Assembly (NCBI GenBank): GCA_963662285.2 | Contig: CAXXMV010000008.1 | Location: 1,088,001 to 1,152,000 of the forward strand | Reading direction: 5' to 3' | DNA from: a bacterium | GTDB lineage: Bacteria; Hinthialibacterota; Hinthialibacteria; Hinthialibacterales; Hinthialibacteraceae | Length of the DNA: 64,000 nt | Shown here: one piece after another, positions 59,542 to 64,000 of the stretch | How the letters are laid out: each line of letters begins with the position of its first letter | How positions within the stretch are numbered: position 1 is the first letter of the stretch | The notes under the pieces: model-generated | The model's database searches: none | The model's input: the letters and a program-made list of their open reading frames with translations, nothing else | What the model was told of the DNA's origin: nothing | Program-made: the position numbers and the translations under genes

Positions 59542-62500
59542 ATGAATTCCGAAAAACTAAAAGAATATTCGGATAAATATAAAGAAGATCTTTTCCCAAA
59601 ATTTCAAATTTACTCATCTACGCTTGAGTGTATATTAAAATCTATTGCTAATGATACTGATCCTTTAGCATTTGTCAGCGCAAGACCAAAGAGTCTTGAA
59701 TCCTTTATTGAAAAAATTAATAGAAAAGGGTATGAAGAACCATTTAAACAAATGACAGATATGTGTGGAGCAAGAATTGTTGCCCATACGATTGATCAAA
59801 TAGATCAGATAAGAGAAATCATTGAAAGAGAATTCATTATTGACCAGAAGAACTATGTTGATGCAATAGAAAGATTATCAAAAAATGAATTTGGGTATCT
59901 TTCTGTTCATTATATTGTGCAATTAAAAGCAGGTACTATATTGGGCATTGTTGTTCCAAATGATATACTGCCAAATGATGAAATACCATTTAAAGCAGAA
60001 ATTCAAGTTAGAACATTAAAACTAAAAGATTATTTGGATCAATATAAAGATCTTTTCCCAAAATTTCAAATTTACTCATCTACGCTTGAGTGTATATTAA
60101 AATCTATTGCTAATGATACTGATCCTTTAGCATTTGTCAGCGCAAGACCAAAGAGTCTTGCATCCTTTATTGAAAAAATTAATAGAAAAGGGTATGAAGA
60201 ACCATTTAAACAAATGACAGATATGTGTGGAGCAAGAATTGTTGCCCATACGATCGATCAAATAGATCAGATAAAAGAAATCATTGAAAGAGAATTCATT
60301 ATTGACCAGAAGAACTATGTTGATGCAATAGAAAGATTATCAAAAAATGAATTTGGGTATCTTTCTATCCATTATATTGTGCAATTAAAAGCAGGTACTA
60401 TATTGGGTATTGTTGTTCCAGATGATATACTGCCAAATGATGAAATACCATTTAAAGCAGAAATTCAAGTTAGAACATTATTGCAACATACTTGGGCAGA
60501 TACATTCCATGATCGTTTGTATAAAAATAATATCAAGAAACCTAAATCCCTTGAACGTGATGTCGCAAGAGTGGCTGCCATTCTTGAAGAAGCCGATAAC
60601 CTTATTTCCAAAGAAACAAGTATGATCGATGACTTTATTGTTGATATTGGCGCATATCTGTCAAAGAAAGAAATTGAAAAAGAAATCGATATACTGAAAA
60701 ATGTTTTTTCATTGGATGAAGATGTAAAGAATAAACAAAATCTAGCCCTACGTATATCTAAACTATATCGCGCTATATTTGAATGGGATCATATTATAGA
60801 TTTTCTAAATAAAACAAATATTTATCAATCTAATCCAAAATTACTTGCAGAATTAGGTAATGCGTATTGTGAAAACTACTCTCTCACACCGAATGATGAC
60901 AACTATGATAAAGGCATAAAGTTACTGAATGAATCTATTGATTCAAATAATTCTGATCCTTTATCACTTTCCCTATTAGCTCAGGCCTATATTAGAAAGA
61001 GAGGAGAAAATGATAAAACAAAAATGCATTTCAAAAGAGCATTTGAACTGAACCCGAAAAATCCTTACTATTTTTCAAATTATCTCGTTTTTGAATTGTC
61101 TCATTCTTCATTTTTGCTACAACCATTTATCAATCTAGCTATAGATACATGTCAGCAACATATTGAAGCAAGAATTGAATTACCACAAGCCTATTTGACA
61201 ATTGGACGCCTTTCTTTATTGTTATTAAATGACATATATACGAATGACAATAAAGATAGAATCGAAAAAGTAAAAATGGAACATTTTATTAATCAAATAA
61301 TTGAAAATTATGCTCTTGCTATTAAAATGTACTTAGAAATGGATTCTTGCATATGTTCATCGGTTATAAATAATGAAATTATCTTCATAAAAGAAATCAA
61401 AGGTAAATTATCATCTTTACGTAACGATCCTAAAAAAATATTAGAGTCTATTTTATTTATGCTCATTATTGCAAATTATCTTAAGAATAAAGAATGTCCT
61501 AAATGTCAAGTTGATAATATTGAATTAAATAAAATGAAACCCGAAAATGAATTACCTTATGAGGAAAATAAAAAAATTCTGTTTGTTGTAGGAGGATGTT
61601 CAAAGGATATTTCATCTGATATAAAGCATTACAAACCAGTCTTAGAAAATATACTTAAACATTTTAATGGGATTGTTATTGGAGGTGGTACAACATCTGG
61701 AATAAGTGGTATGCTAGGAGAAATTGCCTCAAAAACAATAAATGATCGAAAGTATATATTATTGGGTTATCATCCTTCAAGACTTGGAACTGATTATACA
61801 GTTGATCGTGATAATTACGACGTACTAGTAAAAACAAAATCAGAAGATAACTGCCTTTTTGACTCTCTACAGGCTTGGATCGATATTCTGGCCTCAAATA
61901 TTCCAATTGAAAATATAAGAATTTTAGCCATTAATGGAGGGAATATTACTTTACAAGAATGTTTTGTTGGAATATCTTTTGGTTCTTTAACTGGTGTTGT
62001 AAAAGGGAGTGGTCGTTCTGCGGATATTATTTTGTCTAATCCTCGATGGAGTAAAATGGATAATATAATTCCGCTTATCGATGAAGATATGACAATAAAT
62101 GCATTTGTAAATCAGGGTCAATCAAAATTAAATGTAGAACTAATAGATTCAATATCTAAATGTGCTCATGAAAAATTTATCGAACATTGTGGAAGTGAAA
62201 AGTATGAAAAATCATATCGTCCATGGGAAGACTTAAGTGATTATTACAAAGAAGCCAATCGAAGGCAAATTCGATATGCTGAAGTAATATTAAAGGCAAA
62301 TGGTTATCAGATGGTTGAAATTGGAGATGAGAAACAAGTAAAAGTTTATTCTTTCACTGATGATGACTCTAAACGTGTTGAAGAAATGTCAAAAATGGAG
62401 CATGGAAGATGGGTTCTTTCGAAAATAATGGATAAATGGGTTGAAGGAAAACCCAGGGATGATAGCAAGAAAATTCATCCTGATATAACCGGATGGGATA

Positions 62501-62592
62501 ATTTAGATCAAAATACAAAAAATAAGGATATAAACGCTGTTAAATCATGGCCTGAAATCTTTGCGAAAGCTGGGATTGAGATACGTCGCTAA
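59542..62592 (+). CDS. RelA/SpoT-type nucleotide pyrophosphokinase (two tandem copies) + TPR + SLOG-like + RyR domains
   Basis: Synthetase motifs ARPKS, TDMCGAR, FGYLS(V/I)HY and EIQVRT occur twice, then LQHTWA...HDRLYK. TPR-like FKRAFELNPKNPYY; SLOG-like FVVGGC...IGGGTTSGISG; RyR-like EHGRW...RDDSKKIHPDITGWDNL...KD. Confidence 0.85.
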   Translation: MNSEKLKEYSDKYKEDLFPKFQIYSSTLECILKSIANDTDPLAFVSARPKSLESFIEKINRKGYEEPFKQMTDMCGARIVAHTIDQIDQIREIIEREFIIDQKNYVDAIERLSKNEFGYLSVHYIVQLKAGTILGIVVPNDILPNDEIPFKAEIQVRTLKLKDYLDQYKDLFPKFQIYSSTLECILKSIANDTDPLAFVSARPKSLASFIEKINRKGYEEPFKQMTDMCGARIVAHTIDQIDQIKEIIEREFIIDQKNYVDAIERLSKNEFGYLSIHYIVQLKAGTILGIVVPDDILPNDEIPFKAEIQVRTLLQHTWADTFHDRLYKNNIKKPKSLERDVARVAAILEEADNLISKETSMIDDFIVDIGAYLSKKEIEKEIDILKNVFSLDEDVKNKQNLALRISKLYRAIFEWDHIIDFLNKTNIYQSNPKLLAELGNAYCENYSLTPNDDNYDKGIKLLNESIDSNNSDPLSLSLLAQAYIRKRGENDKTKMHFKRAFELNPKNPYYFSNYLVFELSHSSFLLQPFINLAIDTCQQHIEARIELPQAYLTIGRLSLLLLNDIYTNDNKDRIEKVKMEHFINQIIENYALAIKMYLEMDSCICSSVINNEIIFIKEIKGKLSSLRNDPKKILESILFMLIIANYLKNKECPKCQVDNIELNKMKPENELPYEENKKILFVVGGCSKDISSDIKHYKPVLENILKHFNGIVIGGGTTSGISGMLGEIASKTINDRKYILLGYHPSRLGTDYTVDRDNYDVLVKTKSEDNCLFDSLQAWIDILASNIPIENIRILAINGGNITLQECFVGISFGSLTGVVKGSGRSADIILSNPRWSKMDNIIPLIDEDMTINAFVNQGQSKLNVELIDSISKCAHEKFIEHCGSEKYEKSYRPWEDLSDYYKEANRRQIRYAEVILKANGYQMVEIGDEKQVKVYSFTDDDSKRVEEMSKMEHGRWVLSKIMDKWVEGKPRDDSKKIHPDITGWDNLDQNTKNKDINAVKSWPEIFAKAGIEIRR
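59554..60480 (+). repeat. In-frame tandem duplication of the synthetase domain (465 bp + 462 bp)
   Basis: 59554-60018 and 60019-60480 are near identical, with about ten substitutions and one 3-nt indel by my reading. Confidence 0.92.
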
Positions 62593-62698
62593 TAAATATG
62601 GGAATAAATTTAATTTCCAAAAATTTACATGAAACAATAATGCATCGATAAGGATATGCCAGTCGGCATGAATCTCAGTAGTTATGAGGATCAATATC

Positions 62699-64000
62699 AT
62701 GACCACCTCCGGTAGTGGAAAACGACTGCGACCGGTCATTCGAGTGTTTGTCAGTTCGACGTTCAGCGACATGAAGCACGAGCGGAACGCTTTGGAGGCC
62801 GATGCCTTTCCGAAACTGGAGCAGCTCTGTCAGCGTCATGGGTTTCAGTTCCAAGCCATCGATCTGCGCTGGGGCGTCTCGACTGAAGCTGGGCTGGATC
62901 ACCGAACGATGCAGATTTGCTACGAGGAATTGCGCCGGTCGCAAGAGATTTCCCCGGAACCAAATTTCCTTATCTTGCTGGGCAACCGCTATGGATGGCG
63001 GCCTTTGCCAGAAGCGATCTCACAGAAAGAATATGAAAATCTTCGCAATGCAGCAATGGAATGCGATAAAGACGGCAAGGCTATCATCAAAGGAATAGGT
63101 GACAAGTCAGCCGAACAGATACTCAAAGAATGGTATCGACTCGATGAAAATATTCTCCCCTCCGATCGAACACGGGATGATCCTGACTGCGCGCCACTGA
63201 ACTACATACTGCAATCACGTCTACAAGTTGTTGATGGGCATCTAAAGTATGGTCGTAGGAAGAAAGTCTCAGGCATGGGAGACGAAGACACGCCAGAATG
63301 GATTGCCGTCCAGAATGTTCTCTGGAATATGATCAACGCAGCATTTCCAGCTGATGCCCGTTTCAAAAACCGCTTCAAAAACATTGATGGGAACAAGCAT
63401 ATCCAGGATGTCGACAGTACACTAGACCCCAAGCGCACCGTACCACAGATCGTGCGTTTCCAGGGCTCCGCGACCGAGCAAGAGATATGGAGCGGCGCTC
63501 TTAGCGTCCCACATGCCGATCAACACGTCTTGGCGTTTTTCCGGGAGATCGAGAACCGCGCCGCCTTCTCCGATCCGAAGCAGATTGAGAACTTCGTTGA
63601 TGTGGACCCGTCCGGTACACTCCAGATTGAGCAGTTGAAGGCAGAACTTCGCCTGCGGTTGGGCAGTTCGAATCTTTTCCACAACGAGGCTCCCGTGAGG
63701 TTGGTGGAGGCTCAAGACAATCAGGGTGACCGAAGAGTTGATATCACGACGGATCACCTAGACCAGCTTTGCGCCAATGTGGTAAGCCGGCTGTCAGAGA
63801 GCATCCAGGGCCAGATCGATGAGTATTGGCACAATACCTCACCAGCTTCAATGAATCGCGCCGCTCGCGAACTAGAAATCGAACAGCGCGAATACGAACG
63901 GTTCGCCAAGGAGCGTGGCGGTGAAGAGTCGTTTGTTGGCCGACAAGTCGAGTTGCAGTCTATTCTCGACTACATGGGGAGCGATTCCTGTTGGCCATTG
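62699..64000 (+). CDS. DUF4062 (TIR-like) + NACHT/STAND NTPase protein, NWD1/2-like, 3'-truncated by window edge
   Basis: GAGGA RBS and 434 codons without a stop. IRVFVSSTFSDMKHERNAL, IDLRWGV, LLGNRYGWRPLP, WYRLDEN, SATEQEI; ends at FVGRQVELQSILDY, the usual lead-in to Walker A. Absent from the ORF track. Confidence 0.85.
   Translation, partial: MTTSGSGKRLRPVIRVFVSSTFSDMKHERNALEADAFPKLEQLCQRHGFQFQAIDLRWGVSTEAGLDHRTMQICYEELRRSQEISPEPNFLILLGNRYGWRPLPEAISQKEYENLRNAAMECDKDGKAIIKGIGDKSAEQILKEWYRLDENILPSDRTRDDPDCAPLNYILQSRLQVVDGHLKYGRRKKVSGMGDEDTPEWIAVQNVLWNMINAAFPADARFKNRFKNIDGNKHIQDVDSTLDPKRTVPQIVRFQGSATEQEIWSGALSVPHADQHVLAFFREIENRAAFSDPKQIENFVDVDPSGTLQIEQLKAELRLRLGSSNLFHNEAPVRLVEAQDNQGDRRVDITTDHLDQLCANVVSRLSESIQGQIDEYWHNTSPASMNRAARELEIEQREYERFAKERGGEESFVGRQVELQSILDYMGSDSCWPL

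Larger units (their letters stand above)
49462..64000. mobile_element. Genomic island integrated at tRNA-Lys (other end beyond the window)
   Basis: att fragment, integrase and excisionase at the left end; mosaic GC; IS remnants; defence-type cargo. Confidence 0.75.

Noticed and set aside
59554-60480. Duplication as a simple assembly artefact
   Set aside because: The copies differ by several substitutions and an in-frame indel, and the frame is preserved. Strain chimerism still needs read mapping to exclude.

Overview
Bacterial chromosomal window in two parts. The host is a diderm (AsmA, FecR, Tat substrate, class III pilin signals); the pilin style recalls OLB16/Sumerlaeota-like candidate phyla, but that is a weak inference. 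Positions 1-47.1 kb are mostly core and envelope genes: a pseudaminic acid cluster (pseB, pseC, SpsF-type cytidylyltransferase, pseG, wbqC-like, pseI, KpsS-like transferase, ABC flippase), an esterase, a GH3, a small AT-rich islet, the ylxM-ffh-rpsP-khpA-rimM-trmD-SPOUT-rplS operon, a carbamoyltransferase/SGNH pair, AsmA, a sigma28-driven orphan, acnA, a two-component pair, an ECF sigma/FecR/pilin operon, an FG-GAP protein and a second pilin. From about 47.3 kb to the end is a decayed integration hotspot. It holds IS4 remnants, an excisionase pseudogene, a tRNA-Lys(CTT) 3' fragment (att site) beside a tyrosine integrase and excisionase, IS5/IS66/ISL3 remnants, and a GC-rich TIR-TPR cassette bracketed by 57-bp direct repeats. 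The best candidate for an undescribed system is a co-oriented cluster at 58-64 kb: a pseudo-Nudix-cupin fusion, an intact Nudix hydrolase, a protein with a tandemly duplicated RelA/SpoT synthetase plus TPR, SLOG and RyR domains, and an NWD1/2-like DUF4062-NACHT protein that runs off the window and is missing from the ORF track. It looks like an alarmone-based defence or signalling module. All domain calls are by-eye motif recognition, not database searches.
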